In this document: piece after piece, positions 63,031 to 64,000 of the stretch
Layout of the letters: every line of letters starts with the position of its first letter
Position numbering within the stretch: position 1 is the first letter of the stretch
From: Paecilomyces variotii
Taxonomy: Eukaryota
Assembly (NCBI GenBank): GCA_004022145.1
Contig: RCNU01000001.1
Strand: one strand, 5' to 3'
DNA length: 64,000 bases
Made by a program: the position numbers and the translations under genes
The notes under the pieces: model-generated
Database searches by the model: none
What the model was told of the DNA's origin: nothing
What the model saw: only the letters and a program-made list of their open reading frames with translations

Positions 63031-64000
63031 ATGGCGGATTACGAGTCGCAGCAGGCAGGCCAGAATGGCTATGGTACATACGAGAAGGCAGTAAATGGTG
63101 CGTTTGGAACGTGTTGCTCGCGAGGGCGGAACCACTGACACTCCTCCTTCTATCCAGGGAACGGTACCCCTTTCGACCTCCAGAACGCGGGAGTCAAAAG
63201 TACCGCAGTGTCTCCGGCAGAGCTAGCATCTGGATATCAAGCTGGGGGCACCGGTTCTCAGCTGGATGTTATCTGCGGCCCTCTGATCAACTATAAATAC
63301 ATGGAGTTGGATCCCGGCTCTCCCGTCTGGCAGGGAAGTGTTCTGATCGTTACTACTCCAACTCACCAGCAGCAGCCGCATTTACACTTGCGCCAGGCGG
63401 GTCCTGTGTCGCATGCGAGCAATGGTGCGCAGAATGGTGGCACGTCGGGCCGCGAGGGAACCATTGATGGTATCAAGCTCTACGAGGACCCGGAAAAGAC
63501 GTTCTGGCGGTTTTCTCTCACGGTCCCGATTGAACAATTCGAAGCTCGTTGGGAGTACACTATCCCTGGCTTCAAATATGCCACTGGAGACCCAGTAAAA
63601 GCGCCCTGGACCTTTGTGGTTCCCGCAGCCGACCAATCCATGCGCCTCATGTTCCATTCCTGCAATGGTTTCTCGGTCGGAACGGACACGGAGAGCTGGG
63701 CTGGTCCGGCGCTCTGGAACGACGTCCTGAGGATCCACGAAAAGCGCCCTTTCCACGTCATGATCGGAGGCGGTGACCAAATCTACAATGATGGCATCAG
63801 AGTCGACGGTCCCCTCAAGCAGTGGACAGATATCACGAACCCCCTGACGAGAAGGCACCATGATTTCAGCGAGCACATGCGGTCCGAGTGTGACAAATAT
63901 TACTACAAAAATTACGTGAGGTGGTATACCTCTGAGCCGTTCAAGACCGCCAATGGACAGATTCCTCAGATCAACATCTGGGATGATCACGATATCATTG
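63031..64000 (+). CDS. PhoD-like metallophosphatase (fungal type), 5' part; continues off the window
   Basis: Exon 63031-63097 and intron 63098-63157, then open to the end: ICGPLINY, WQGSVLIV, FWRF, MRLMFHSCNGFS.G, LWNDVLR.H...PFHVMIGGGDQIYND and IWDDHDII. Full gene not in the ORF track. Confidence 0.9.

Noticed and set aside
63382-63990. 202-aa minus-strand ORF
   Set aside because: Antisense shadow of the PhoD-like exon.
1-64000. Stop-codon readthrough (TGA CTA) or PTS1 peroxisomal extensions
   Set aside because: None of the TGA-ending genes I checked has the TGA-CTA context, and none of the C-termini I checked is SKL-like.

Overview
Eukaryotic, intron-rich DNA from a filamentous ascomycete, probably Eurotiales (Aspergillus/Paecilomyces-like), judged from the proteins and the short GT-AG introns with CTRAC-type branch sites. 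Most of the window is housekeeping genes, which I spliced by hand: GDP-mannose transporter (partial), phosducin-like protein, Smi1/Knr4, an Edc1/PNRC-motif protein, Rbx1, Spc1, Sfm1, Igo1/endosulfine, Ice2, Myg1, an SMP-30/gluconolactonase, Lto1, Rae1/Gle2, a conserved unknown protein, Mdm1, Opi3, Rxt2, TRAPPC11, an alpha/beta hydrolase, a Grx6/7-type glutaredoxin, Rpl9, a patatin/Tgl-like protein and a PhoD-like phosphatase (partial). Three stretches look accessory. At about 0.7-2.8 kb there is a spliced PD-(D/E)XK nuclease-like gene beside AT-rich, RIP-like DNA. At about 44.4-45.6 kb there is a probable decayed gene. At about 56-62.7 kb there is an intronless 588-aa orphan, a 4-exon 75-aa CCHC zinc-knuckle microprotein gene not visible in the ORF track, and a RIP-like relic. 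Other notable observations are a patatin lacking its catalytic residues (GTATG), dual in-frame ATGs in MYG1 and a structured TRAPPC11 intron. I found no tRNA, rRNA, CRISPR array or intact transposon. Family calls come from recognising motifs; no database search was run.
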